Of a stretch of DNA of 46,259 bases, positions 16,722 to 26,005 are shown in pieces (position 1 is the stretch's first letter; each line of letters starts with the position of its first letter). Below the pieces are notes generated by a model. The model ran no database searches. It was given only the letters and a program-made list of their open reading frames with translations, and had not been told where the DNA came from. The position numbers were made by a program, and so were the translations under genes. The stretch spans positions 1 through 46,259 of the forward strand of contig SVSV01000002.1 of the NCBI GenBank assembly GCA_015064125.1, read 5' to 3'. Source of the DNA: Oscillospiraceae bacterium. Its GTDB lineage: Bacteria > Bacillota > Clostridia > Oscillospirales > CAG-272.

Positions 16722-17708
16722 TTAAGCAGGATCTATATCCTTTATTGTATTTCCCTCATAAAATCTTGATTTCAGCTCCAATTGCACAATCGGGAGATTC
16801 GGCGATCTCTTGCCGATCTTTTGGCACAATATCTCAATCGTTTTGATGCAAAGCAGCTCAATATCCGACGGTATGCAAGCAACGTCAAGCACCCCATGCA
16901 AGGGATAAGGGTCGTTATCTATAGATATCACCGATACATCCTCAGGCACACGCAGCCCCATCACCTCAAGCTCGGAAAGTATTCCCTGCGTGATATAGCC
17001 ATACGCACCGAATATGGCACTGGGCGGTGGAAAATCCCCTGAGAACAGCTTTCTCACGCCGTCCCTGCCCGCCTCTTCAAAGCGATGAAGTGAGGTGTAC
17101 ATCAGACACGCATCAACCGCAAGGCCCAGCTCGGAGCAACACGCCTCAAATTTTTTTTGCTTTGGCACGGTATAGGCTTCCCCCACAAAGGCGATGCGCC
17201 TGTGGCCCTTGGCCATCAGGTGCTCCAGAGCGTCGTTGATGCCATAGCTTTTTTCAAGATATATTTCCGAGCCGTATTGGATCTGCCTTTTTGAGCCGAG
17301 CACCGAAACAAGCACAGTATCACATTTGATCGCCTTGTCAAAGGACGCATCGATCAGCACAAGGCCGTCAACCTTTGAATGCTCGGTATAATAACGCACA
17401 AGCTCATTCTTCAGGGTGTTGTCAAAATTGCTGATCGACAGCAGCATGGTGTATCCGTTTGCCTCCATGCCCCGCTTCAACGCTTCGATGATATGTATAT
17501 AGTATTTACTAATGGCCTCTGGAATAATAACGGCAATAACGGGCTTGTCATAACGGGCATGATAAAACTGCTGAAAGCAGCCGTGCTCTCTTGCTACCGC
17601 GAAGACGTGCTCACGCATGGCATCGCTGACATCCTCTCTGCCCGAAAATGCCTTTGACACGACCGACACCGATACGTTGGCGAGCTGCGCAAGCTTACTG
17701 AGCGTCAT
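16722..17708 (-). CDS. LacI-family transcriptional regulator
   Basis: N-terminal HTH LSKLAQLANVSVSVVSKAF, then a periplasmic-binding-protein-like sugar-binding core. SD GGGGAGGG lies upstream. Confidence 0.88.
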   Translation of the reverse strand: MTLSKLAQLANVSVSVVSKAFSGREDVSDAMREHVFAVAREHGCFQQFYHARYDKPVIAVIIPEAISKYYIHIIEALKRGMEANGYTMLLSISNFDNTLKNELVRYYTEHSKVDGLVLIDASFDKAIKCDTVLVSVLGSKRQIQYGSEIYLEKSYGINDALEHLMAKGHRRIAFVGEAYTVPKQKKFEACCSELGLAVDACLMYTSLHRFEEAGRDGVRKLFSGDFPPPSAIFGAYGYITQGILSELEVMGLRVPEDVSVISIDNDPYPLHGVLDVACIPSDIELLCIKTIEILCQKIGKRSPNLPIVQLELKSRFYEGNTIKDIDPA

Positions 17709-17733
17709 GTTTTATCCCTCCCCATTTGGAAAT

Positions 17734-17959
17734 TATAGCCGAAGAGAGCCGAACCCACAAGGCTTGGGTAGGCAAAAATGGGCTCTGACGGCAGGAAAAC
17801 ACTTTGCAATATCGGTATATTCCTGCAGTATTTTCCTTTGTCATAGCACCTTTTTGCTCTGCCGAAGCTGGGAGCCACTTTTCGGCTGAAAGATTTTTAG
17901 CAGATTTTGTTGTGGCGCGGTGCAGTCATGTAATACCTTACAAGCCGCGACGCGGCAAA
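17734..17959. repeat. second, right-truncated copy of the MITE-like element
   Basis: Starts with TATAGCCGAAGAG and runs collinear with 13615-13840 with scattered substitutions. The right inverted repeat is absent. Confidence 0.75.
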
Positions 17960-18035
17960 TATACCCTGATAAGTATAACATGAATACAAGGCTTAGTCAA
18001 TCAAAAAAACAGAAAAAATTTCTCACCCGGTATCC

Positions 18036-18064
18036 TTGACAAACCTAAGATAAAGTGATAGACT
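18036..18064 (+). promoter_or_regulatory. candidate promoter of the MFS/ceramidase-like operon
   Basis: TTGACA (18036-18041), 17-nt spacer, TGaTAGACT (-10 at 18059-18064). The perfect palindrome ATTCTATAGAAT at 18071-18082 lies just downstream. Confidence 0.4.
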
Positions 18065-18109
18065 TATTCCATTCTATAGAATAAAAGGATCCAACAAGGT
18101 CAAGCGAAA

Positions 18110-19354
18110 ATGGAAAACAGATATTTTAAGGACAAGCGCATCAGTCTGCTTGTTCTTTCTACGGTCATGACGGCATACGGATTCCTGTGCATGACGAAAT
18201 ATTGCTTTTCGGCGGCAATGGTATTTATTGTCGACGAGGGCTATATGACAAAATTTGAAACAGGTATGATCTCGGCCGTGTTCTGGGCGGTATATGCCGT
18301 TATCCAATTATTTGGCGGCGTGCTTGCCGATAAGTTCAGGCCCGAAAAACAGTTGGCGATCTCTCTGCTTGGCTCCGGTATTATCAATCTGGCCATATAT
18401 TTTTGTTATGAAAACTACATACTCACGATGGTGCTGTGGTCGCTCAATGCCATCCTGCAGTTCAGCGGCTGGCCCGCATCGTTTAAGATCGTATCCTCTA
18501 TGGTGCACGAATCTCAGCGCCAGGCGGGGACGGTCATTATCACTATTATGTCACCTATAGGGGTTCTTTTCAGCTACGTTGTGGCAGCATTGGTGGCGCA
18601 TTGGCAACAAAACTTTATCATTTCCTCTATCGGGTCGTTCCTGCTGATGATCGCGTGGCTCATCACCGCAAAATACACAAATCGCTTTGTTGTCACCGAA
18701 CAGATTCTGCCGGAAGACAAGAAAAATACAAAAGTCGGCGATGCGCCACAGGTGAGCTTTTTAAGGCTTGCCTTCTCGTCGGGTCTTATATTCTTCTTGG
18801 TGCTGACGTTTTTGAGGTCCTTTATCACGCAGATACAAACGCTTATCCCCGTCATGATCAACGAGAGCTACGAGGGTGTGCAGCCCGCGTTCGCCACGGT
18901 CCTTAGCTTTGTCGTGCTTGTGTGTAACGTCCTGGGGCCGATACTGGCAAACAAGCTGGCTTATTTTTTCAGAAACGAGATGCTTGCCACTGCCTTAATG
19001 TTTGCGCTGACGATACCTGCGGCATTTTTCACGCTTTTGCTTGGCAGCGTCAACTATTGGTTTATCATCGCCGCCACGGCCCTTATCGTTTTGTGTGCCT
19101 CTGCCAACGGATACTTCACCATGACGCTTGCTTCGGTGGCATTTGTCAAGTGGGGCAAGGGTGGAACTGTTGCGGGCATCACCAATGCAGCAGCGGCTTT
19201 CGGCATTGTAGGCGCCAATTTTGCACTCACGCTCATCGCAGACAAATTCGGTTGGATACCGACGCTCATCACCCTCATCTCGCTGATCGTATTCGGCACA
19301 GTTCTTGCTCTTATCGGCACACCCGTCTGGAAAAAATTTAAAAATCTTACGTAA
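18110..19354 (+). CDS. MFS transporter
   Basis: 414 aa with about 12 predicted TM segments and a GGVLADKF motif between TM2 and TM3, typical of MFS. Confidence 0.82.
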   Translation: MENRYFKDKRISLLVLSTVMTAYGFLCMTKYCFSAAMVFIVDEGYMTKFETGMISAVFWAVYAVIQLFGGVLADKFRPEKQLAISLLGSGIINLAIYFCYENYILTMVLWSLNAILQFSGWPASFKIVSSMVHESQRQAGTVIITIMSPIGVLFSYVVAALVAHWQQNFIISSIGSFLLMIAWLITAKYTNRFVVTEQILPEDKKNTKVGDAPQVSFLRLAFSSGLIFFLVLTFLRSFITQIQTLIPVMINESYEGVQPAFATVLSFVVLVCNVLGPILANKLAYFFRNEMLATALMFALTIPAAFFTLLLGSVNYWFIIAATALIVLCASANGYFTMTLASVAFVKWGKGGTVAGITNAAAAFGIVGANFALTLIADKFGWIPTLITLISLIVFGTVLALIGTPVWKKFKNLT

Positions 19355-19370
19355 ACCACAGGAGGTAGCT

Positions 19371-20870
19371 ATGCATCAAATAAAGATCGGTTGGGGCGAG
19401 GTCAGCCTTGTACCCGAAGGAAGAAAAGTAAATCTTGCAGGTCAGTTTTATGAGAGGATCACCGACGTGGTCGAAACGCCGATCACGGCAACCGCTATGG
19501 CGATCGAATGTGGCGCGGACAGTGCTATATTCTGCTCCTGTGACCTTGTTTCCACCAGCCATTATCTGCTTGATGCGGTAAGAGAGCGCTTGGTATCGGC
19601 AAAGGGCTTGCCTGCCGACAAGGTTATACTGAGTGCCATACATACGCACACAGCCCCCTCCTATTCAAACAGAGAGGACTTATCCAAATTAGGCGGCTCT
19701 GCACTTGACGTTTTGACCGCTCTTATGCCTGACGCGAAATATGAAAAGCTTGTTTCCTACGAGGGCGATGACCTCATTGACGGCGATGAGGCTCTGGCAT
19801 TTCTGGCAGACCGTATTGCCGAGGCGATCAAGCTCGCATGGGATAACCGCCAAGCGGGTGCGTATGCGCAGGGCTTTGGCAGAGCTGCGGTCGGTATGTG
19901 CCGCAGAGTTTGCTACAGCGACGGCTCGGCTAAAATGTGGGGCGACACCGACACCGCGACCTTTACAGAGCTTGAGAGCGGCAACGACAGCGGCATTGAG
20001 CTTCTTTTCACCTTTACCCCTGACAAAAAGCTCACGGGTGTTGTCGCAAATGTGGCCTGCCCTGCACAGGTGCTGGAGCACAGAAATTTTATCTCATCCG
20101 ACTATTGGGGCAAGGTCAAGGCTCTGTTGCGCCGCAAATACGGCGAGGATCTCTTCCTGCTCGCGCTTTGCTCCCCCGCCGGCGACCAATGTCCGCGCGA
20201 TATGGTACGTTGGGTAGAGCCCGAAACGCCGATCAATGACCCTAATATTATCAGAAACGACGTGACCGCGCGCAAGGCAGACCCCTCTATGTTTGACGTC
20301 AAGGGCTGTGAGGTGGTGGCAAGAAGGATCGCCAACGAAATTTTCTATGCCTTTGAGGACATCACCGTAGCCGACTACGTCAGCGAAAGCGTGCTCGAGC
20401 ACAAAAATATCACCCTTGATATGCCGCTGCGCCGCGTGACCCCCGCGCAGGCAGAGGCCGCCACCAAGGTGATCGAAGCTTTTGCCCAAAAGGTTGGAAA
20501 CGGAACCATCAACTTTAATGACAACGCGAGAATGCACGTGCACGCCGGCACGATCCTTCGAAGCAAGATCCAAGAGCAGCTTGACATCATTCCGGTTGAG
20601 ATTCACGCTCTGCGCCTCGGCAATATTGCCTTCGCAACCAACCCCTACGAGCTCTTCCTTGATTACGGCAACCAGATCAGGGCCAGAAGCAAGGCCTCGC
20701 AGACCTTCCTCGTTCAGCTTTGCTGCGGCAGCTACGGATATCTTCCCACCGAGAAGGCGGAAAGCGGCAGTCACTATTCGGCATACGTTTCAAGCGGCTC
20801 ATCGGGCCACGAGGGTGGCGACCTGCTTGTGCGCAAGACGGTATCCGAGATCAACGACATGCTAAAATAA
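19371..20870 (+). CDS. neutral/alkaline ceramidase N-terminal-domain-like hydrolase (function unknown)
   Basis: ATG at 19371 follows GGAGG. Pattern: IGWGEVSLVP..LAGQF..ATAMAIE.., ..VILSAIHTHTAPSY, resembling the ceramidase_alk family. Confidence 0.6.
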   Translation: MHQIKIGWGEVSLVPEGRKVNLAGQFYERITDVVETPITATAMAIECGADSAIFCSCDLVSTSHYLLDAVRERLVSAKGLPADKVILSAIHTHTAPSYSNREDLSKLGGSALDVLTALMPDAKYEKLVSYEGDDLIDGDEALAFLADRIAEAIKLAWDNRQAGAYAQGFGRAAVGMCRRVCYSDGSAKMWGDTDTATFTELESGNDSGIELLFTFTPDKKLTGVVANVACPAQVLEHRNFISSDYWGKVKALLRRKYGEDLFLLALCSPAGDQCPRDMVRWVEPETPINDPNIIRNDVTARKADPSMFDVKGCEVVARRIANEIFYAFEDITVADYVSESVLEHKNITLDMPLRRVTPAQAEAATKVIEAFAQKVGNGTINFNDNARMHVHAGTILRSKIQEQLDIIPVEIHALRLGNIAFATNPYELFLDYGNQIRARSKASQTFLVQLCCGSYGYLPTEKAESGSHYSAYVSSGSSGHEGGDLLVRKTVSEINDMLK

Positions 20871-20896
20871 AAAATTTGTCTTTTACAAGCCAACGC

Positions 20897-20935
20897 AAAA
20901 ACAGAGGTGCCCCCGAGGAGCACCTCTGTTTTTTG
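20897..20935. terminator. bidirectional intrinsic terminator
   Basis: AAAAACAGAGGTGC..GCACCTCTGTTTTTT. Confidence 0.85.
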
Positions 20936-20961
20936 CATACCGATAAACCAAAAAGCGACGC

Positions 20962-21909
20962 TTATACAATGCGATTTTTTTGCTCGCCGCGCAAAAAGGC
21001 CGCAAGATTATCGGCAACGGTGTTGACACACCGCGCACGCGCCTCGGCCGCGCCCCAAGCCATATGAGGGGTCAGACAGACGTTTTCGCGCCCCATAATG
21101 CGGTTAAACGGATGATCTTCATCAAAGGGCTCTTTGGCAAACACATCAATGCCAAGGCCGCCAAGGTGCCCTGCCTCGAGGGCCGCAGCAAGTGCCGCCT
21201 CATCGCAAACGGCACCGCGCGCCACGTTGATCAGAATGGCACCCTTTTTCATTTTGGCAATACGGTCGGCATTGATCAGCCCGCGTGTTTGAGGCGTCAG
21301 CGGCACGTGCAAGGAAACGATATCCGCCCTCTCGCAAAGCGTATCGATATCAACACCCTCAAACTCTGCCTCAGGCTTTTGGCGGCACATAAGCACGCGG
21401 CAGCCAAAGGCGCGTGCCAGCTCTGCCACGCGGCGGCCGATCCCGCCGCCACCGACCACACCCCAGGTAAGAGAAGAGATCTCATGGAAGATCGGCGTCA
21501 AGCAGTTGGCGACGCCTGCGCGCGTGTAATCCCCTGACAAAACGTGGTCACGGTATGCAAATAAATGCGTACAAAGCGCGAGCGCCATAGAAAGCGTCAG
21601 CTGTGCGACACTGTCGGTAGAGTAGGCGGGAACGTTGCAAACGGCGATGCCACGTGCGGCACAGTAAGCGGTATCGATATTATCGTAGCCCGTAGCGGTT
21701 TCGCCGATAAACTTCAGATTTTTCGCCCCGTTCAGGGTCTTTTCGTTCATTTTGAGCTTGTTGACCACCGCGACATCGGCCTCTTGCAGACGTGCGGAGA
21801 TCTCGTGCTCAGCACTGCCCTCATATACCGTCAGCGACCCGAGTGCCGCCAAGGGGGACAGGTCGATATCCGCGCCAAGCGTGGCCGCATCCAAAACCAC
21901 AATATTCAT
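20962..21909 (-). CDS. D-isomer-specific 2-hydroxyacid dehydrogenase (glycerate dehydrogenase-like)
   Basis: GVVGGGGIGRRVA NAD motif and a catalytic-region PHMAWG. ORF trimmed to the ATG at 21909, which follows AAGGAG. Confidence 0.85.
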   Translation of the reverse strand: MNIVVLDAATLGADIDLSPLAALGSLTVYEGSAEHEISARLQEADVAVVNKLKMNEKTLNGAKNLKFIGETATGYDNIDTAYCAARGIAVCNVPAYSTDSVAQLTLSMALALCTHLFAYRDHVLSGDYTRAGVANCLTPIFHEISSLTWGVVGGGGIGRRVAELARAFGCRVLMCRQKPEAEFEGVDIDTLCERADIVSLHVPLTPQTRGLINADRIAKMKKGAILINVARGAVCDEAALAAALEAGHLGGLGIDVFAKEPFDEDHPFNRIMGRENVCLTPHMAWGAAEARARCVNTVADNLAAFLRGEQKNRIV

Positions 21910-21913
21910 CCTT

Positions 21914-22816
21914 TTACTCCTTGTTGTCAACTACCATATGATATTTATGCAAAATTTCCACAGGGCAATACGAAAGCTTTGCCTGACGCAATCCCTCGTC
22001 GCCCGCATCGTCCTCACGGTTTACAAGTGTGACGGCGTGGCGTGTCACCTGCTCCTGCACAAAGCGATAATTGATATACTGATACGCACCCTTAAAGCGA
22101 CGATCTGCCTTTTCCACGTGCACGAGCAGCACCTCGTCAAGCACCTCACCAACAGTAAAGGCGGCAATTTCATCCTCCACGCGTACAAGGCCGCCGACCA
22201 GCGGCAATGCCTCATAATCCTCCAAAAGCGCAAGGACACGGCGGTTTTCGTATTGCTTGTCCTCGTTTTCCCCCGCTTCATTCGCAAAACGCTGCATAAA
22301 GGCCCGCACCTCGTCAAGATTGTCCGCGGTGATATCCTCGTATACGCGTGAGGGGTACAAGCGCTCAAACTGGTGCACAAGATTACGCTTTTTATTATAG
22401 CGGTGACCGCTCAGTGTCGCAAGATCAGCTGCGCTGTAAACGTAGTCTGCCCAACGGCGTGAGGTACCCTTTTCAAGCACACGGCAGTGCCGCTCAAAGC
22501 CCTCTACCTCATGTGCGGGCACCGCACAAAGACGGACCTTGGGCGTGTCCAGCTCCAAAAGATGGGGCAGTCCTGCGGCAAGCCCCTCTCCCTTCACCAA
22601 GGGCGGATAATACGAAAGGCCATATTTATTGTTGCGGCGCAGAAAAAGCACCTCATGTGAAAAAGCATATTCAATGCCCAGCATCTCGCCCCACATGTAG
22701 AAATAAAGCAGGCTGAGATCACAGATCACGGCATGCTTACCGGCAAGATAGGGGGCGACCTTGGTATAATCCTGCAGGGTAAGGGGCTTGAATTGCAGGG
22801 CGCAAGCAGTTTGCAT
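21914..22816 (-). CDS. DUF2156 (MprF C-terminal, LPG_synthase_C-like) domain protein
   Basis: FKPLTLQDY..DLSLLYFYMWG.. and GHRYNKKRNLVHQFERLY patterns typical of stand-alone DUF2156 proteins. Its stop lies 4 nt upstream of the dehydrogenase start. Confidence 0.7.
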   Translation of the reverse strand: MQTACALQFKPLTLQDYTKVAPYLAGKHAVICDLSLLYFYMWGEMLGIEYAFSHEVLFLRRNNKYGLSYYPPLVKGEGLAAGLPHLLELDTPKVRLCAVPAHEVEGFERHCRVLEKGTSRRWADYVYSAADLATLSGHRYNKKRNLVHQFERLYPSRVYEDITADNLDEVRAFMQRFANEAGENEDKQYENRRVLALLEDYEALPLVGGLVRVEDEIAAFTVGEVLDEVLLVHVEKADRRFKGAYQYINYRFVQEQVTRHAVTLVNREDDAGDEGLRQAKLSYCPVEILHKYHMVVDNKE

Positions 22817-22883
22817 AGATACCTCTTGAAATTTAATATACATATAGTATACCACACCGACGCACCAAAATCAACAGCAGAAA

Positions 22884-22924
22884 TAAAAAAGTGGCTTTAC
22901 GGACACCGCAAAGCCACTTTTTAT
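22884..22924 (-). terminator. intrinsic terminator after the HAD/GDPD operon
   Basis: GTGGCTTT..AAAGCCAC stem followed by a T-run on the minus strand. Confidence 0.8.
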
Positions 22925-22927
22925 AGA

Positions 22928-23656
22928 TCAAAGTAAAAACGCCAATTTTTCGGGCAGAGTACGATAATCGTCGATCTTTACAAAATGATAGCCTGCCAAC
23001 AGCACCGACTCATCGTTGCCGCCGGGGCCGTAATCATCTCCCACAAATACGGCCTCATCCTTATCGATACCGTGCTCCTGGCAGTATTGCGCCAGCGCAT
23101 GCGCCTTATTATACGGGAAGGGCGCCATATCAAAGGAGGAAGAACCGCCGACAAAGACCGTATAATCCGAAAAGGCTTCCTTTACCTCGTCGTAGATCGC
23201 ACGACGGCGCTTACGGTCGGGATCAAATGCCAGCTTGTCCGCCAGCTGCGCCTTTGTGCCAAGCACGGCAAAGGTGATACAGCCCGAGGGATGGTACTCC
23301 ACGCTATCCCCTGCGTATTCGGTAAAGCCGTATTTTTCACGGAAATAGCTCACCTTTTTCTCAATCGTGTCACGGTCAACGGGCAGCTGCTCGTCACGCA
23401 TCACGTCGATATCCCCCGTCGCCTCGTTATATTTGGCATATTGCATACCGTAGTTGCCGATGACATCAATGGGAAAGCGGTCAAGCTGCTCAAAAATACG
23501 GCGGCAGGTGCCTGCGCCTACCATAAGCAGGCGGTATTTTTGGCGAAGCGCCGTCAATGTAGCCAGATTTTCTGGCGTCAGCTTGCTTTTGTGTTGAGTC
23601 AGCGTTCCGTCAAGGTCGAAGGCAATCAATTTTACTTTTTTTGCATCAATAGTCAT
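22928..23656 (-). CDS. HAD-IIB family hydrolase
   Basis: FDLDGTLT motif I, a cap region and the GDDYGPGGND motif IV. Confidence 0.8.
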   Translation of the reverse strand: MTIDAKKVKLIAFDLDGTLTQHKSKLTPENLATLTALRQKYRLLMVGAGTCRRIFEQLDRFPIDVIGNYGMQYAKYNEATGDIDVMRDEQLPVDRDTIEKKVSYFREKYGFTEYAGDSVEYHPSGCITFAVLGTKAQLADKLAFDPDRKRRRAIYDEVKEAFSDYTVFVGGSSSFDMAPFPYNKAHALAQYCQEHGIDKDEAVFVGDDYGPGGNDESVLLAGYHFVKIDDYRTLPEKLAFLL

Positions 23657-23670
23657 AATACTACCATCCT

Positions 23671-24474
23671 TTATTCGTTTCTCATACCCTTTTGGGTAAG
23701 GATCTTTAAAATTTCATCTGCATTGTTGCACGTGATCAGCTTGGCACCCGCATCAATGGCGGCCTGCACACCAACCTCGTTTTTGACCGAGGCCCCTGCC
23801 CATGGCTCCACACCGCGTGCGGCCATTTTGGCAAACTCAGCGGGCTCGGCCATCAGTTCATCCTTTGAGCCAAACATACAGCAGCAATAGCCATAGCTGT
23901 ACGGGTCAATCTCACATTCACCAAGATGGTGCATGGGGTAATAGACGTGGAGTCTGAATTTTTTACCGTATTTGCGATAAATGTATTCGTGCAGCTTTCC
24001 GCTGAAGGTGTTGATGACCACACGGTCGGTAAGACCGTTTTCCTCCACAATAGCAAGCACGCGGTCACAAACCTCGTAAGAAATCTTTTCGTGCCCCGTT
24101 GTGGGGTATTCCTTTAATTCAAGGTCAAGCGTAAGCTCATCAAAGGGCTTAACGTACGCGATAAACTCATCAAGCGTAGGGATCCTACAGCCGGCGAACT
24201 CCTCGCCCTTCCAGCTGCCTGCATCAAGCGACCTTAACGCGGCCAACGTATGCTCACAAACAAGGCCCGTTCCATTGGTGGTGCGATCAAGCGTCGCGTC
24301 GTGGATAAGCACCAGCTCGCCGTCCGCGGTAATACGAATATCGGTTTCCAGCTGATCGACCCCTGCCTCCACGGCGGCGCGAAAGGCCTCCATAGTATTT
24401 TCGGGGTAAGTGGCACTAAGTCCGCGATGAGCTGCAACGTATATATGATCCTTCTTTTGTTCGTTGAATTTCAA
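23671..24474 (-). CDS. glycerophosphodiester phosphodiesterase
   Basis: AAHRGLSATYPENT..ETDIRITADGELVLIHDATLDRTTNG GDPD signature. The start codon is TTG at 24474, the only start that retains the HR motif; a G-rich SD lies upstream. Confidence 0.85.
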   Translation of the reverse strand: MKFNEQKKDHIYVAAHRGLSATYPENTMEAFRAAVEAGVDQLETDIRITADGELVLIHDATLDRTTNGTGLVCEHTLAALRSLDAGSWKGEEFAGCRIPTLDEFIAYVKPFDELTLDLELKEYPTTGHEKISYEVCDRVLAIVEENGLTDRVVINTFSGKLHEYIYRKYGKKFRLHVYYPMHHLGECEIDPYSYGYCCCMFGSKDELMAEPAEFAKMAARGVEPWAGASVKNEVGVQAAIDAGAKLITCNNADEILKILTQKGMRNE

Positions 24475-24557
24475 AGCCTTCCCCCCCTTTTTCCATCCTA
24501 ATCTTAAGATATTTTTAGGAGTTTGTCAATACTTACTGACACTTTTACGTAAATTTA

Positions 24558-24586
24558 TTGATTTTTAAAAGTGGATGTGCTATAAT
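24558..24586 (+). promoter_or_regulatory. candidate sigma-A promoter of trkAH
   Basis: TTGATT (24558-24563), 17-nt spacer, TGcTATAAT (-10 at 24581-24586). Confidence 0.5.
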
Positions 24587-24630
24587 ATGCTTATCCTCTA
24601 TTATGAAACTTTTGAAAGGTTTAGCAATAT

Positions 24631-25989
24631 ATGAAGGTCATTATTGTGGGCGGCGGTGCAGTAGGTGCTGCCATTTGCACCCAGCTCGCCCGTGAAAATC
24701 ACGACATTACCGTCATTGACGAAAACGCGGCCGCATTATCGGAATTATCCAATAGCTGCGACGTTTTCGGCATAGTGGGCAACGGTGCAGACCTATCGGT
24801 GCTGCAAAAGGCGAATGCTGAAAAAGCCGATCTGCTGATCGCGGTATCAGCCATGGATGAGATCAATATTCTGTGCTGTGCCGCTGCACGTAAGCTGGGC
24901 ACCAAGCACACCGTCGCACGCGTACGCAATCCCAAATACTCGGAGCTGATGCGCTTTTTGCAAAGCGAAATAAACCTCTCCTTTACCATCAACCCCGAGC
25001 TGGAGGCCGCCAACGATATTTATCGCCTGCTCCGCTTCCCTTCCGCTACGAAGATCAACACCTTTTGCCGCGGCAAGGTGGAGCTGGCAGAATTTTTGAT
25101 CGAGGAGAATTCTCCGTTTTGCGGCTGCACCCTCACCGATCTGCGTCACAAATTAAACTTTAAGTTTCTGGTCTGCGGCGTTTTGCGCGACGGCAAGACC
25201 TATATCCCCTCAGGCGACTTTACCATTCATGCAGGTGACATCATCTGCATGACGGCACGTGACAAGGAGATCACTCAGCTTTTCAAGGCGATGCGCGTTT
25301 ACGTCAATCCCGTGAAAAACGTATTGATCGTAGGCGGGGGGCGCGTCACCTACTATCTGCTCTCCCTGCTTGAAAAATCAAAGATCGACGTCACGCTTAT
25401 TGAAAAGGATCCCGCGCTTTGCCAGGAGCTGGCCAGCACATACAACTGCACCGTGATCTGCGACAACGGCACAAATCAGGATACTCTCCTTGAGGCCGGT
25501 GCTGCCAAGGCAGATGCCTTTTTGGCCCTCTCGCCCATTGATGAGGAAAATGCCATCATTTCGATGTATGCCAAAACGCTCGACCTTGACAAGATCGTCA
25601 CTATGATCAGCCGTATCTCCTACGTTGACTTTTTCAAGAGTGCCGGGCTTGACAGTATCGTATCCCCCAAATCCTCTACCGTCACCGATATTGTACGCTA
25701 CGTACGCTCCATCGCAAATGCCAACAATTATTCCGAGATCAATGCCCTGCACAGGATCCTGGACGGACACGTAGAAGCGCTTGAGTTTTCTATTACCAAT
25801 GATATTGAAAATTTAACCAACGTCCCTCTTAAGCAGCTACGCCCCCGCGCCGGTGTGCTGATTGCCTGCATTATGCGCGGTGAGGAAGTGATCATTCCTT
25901 CGGGTGATGACTACGTCGCCAAGGGTGATACCGTTATCATTGTGACCACCGGCGAAAGCTTTGACAGCATTAAGGATATTCTCGCTTGA
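24631..25989 (+). CDS. trkA: Trk system potassium uptake protein TrkA (two RCK/NAD-binding repeats)
   Basis: MKVIIVGGGAVG and a second VLIVGGGRV Rossmann motif; 452 aa. Confidence 0.9.
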   Translation: MKVIIVGGGAVGAAICTQLARENHDITVIDENAAALSELSNSCDVFGIVGNGADLSVLQKANAEKADLLIAVSAMDEINILCCAAARKLGTKHTVARVRNPKYSELMRFLQSEINLSFTINPELEAANDIYRLLRFPSATKINTFCRGKVELAEFLIEENSPFCGCTLTDLRHKLNFKFLVCGVLRDGKTYIPSGDFTIHAGDIICMTARDKEITQLFKAMRVYVNPVKNVLIVGGGRVTYYLLSLLEKSKIDVTLIEKDPALCQELASTYNCTVICDNGTNQDTLLEAGAAKADAFLALSPIDEENAIISMYAKTLDLDKIVTMISRISYVDFFKSAGLDSIVSPKSSTVTDIVRYVRSIANANNYSEINALHRILDGHVEALEFSITNDIENLTNVPLKQLRPRAGVLIACIMRGEEVIIPSGDDYVAKGDTVIIVTTGESFDSIKDILA

Positions 25990-26005
25990 TAGCAAAGGAA
26001 TTACT

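Noticed and set aside
20871-20961. Second att-like copy of the tRNA-Glu 3' end at the far side of the low-GC block
   Set aside because: I looked for GGAGTTCG and ATTCTCCT-like strings here and found only an ordinary terminator. The islet hypothesis therefore lacks a right-hand direct repeat.
22985-23890. 301-aa plus-strand ORF
   Set aside because: It is antisense to the HAD and GDPD genes; shadow ORF.
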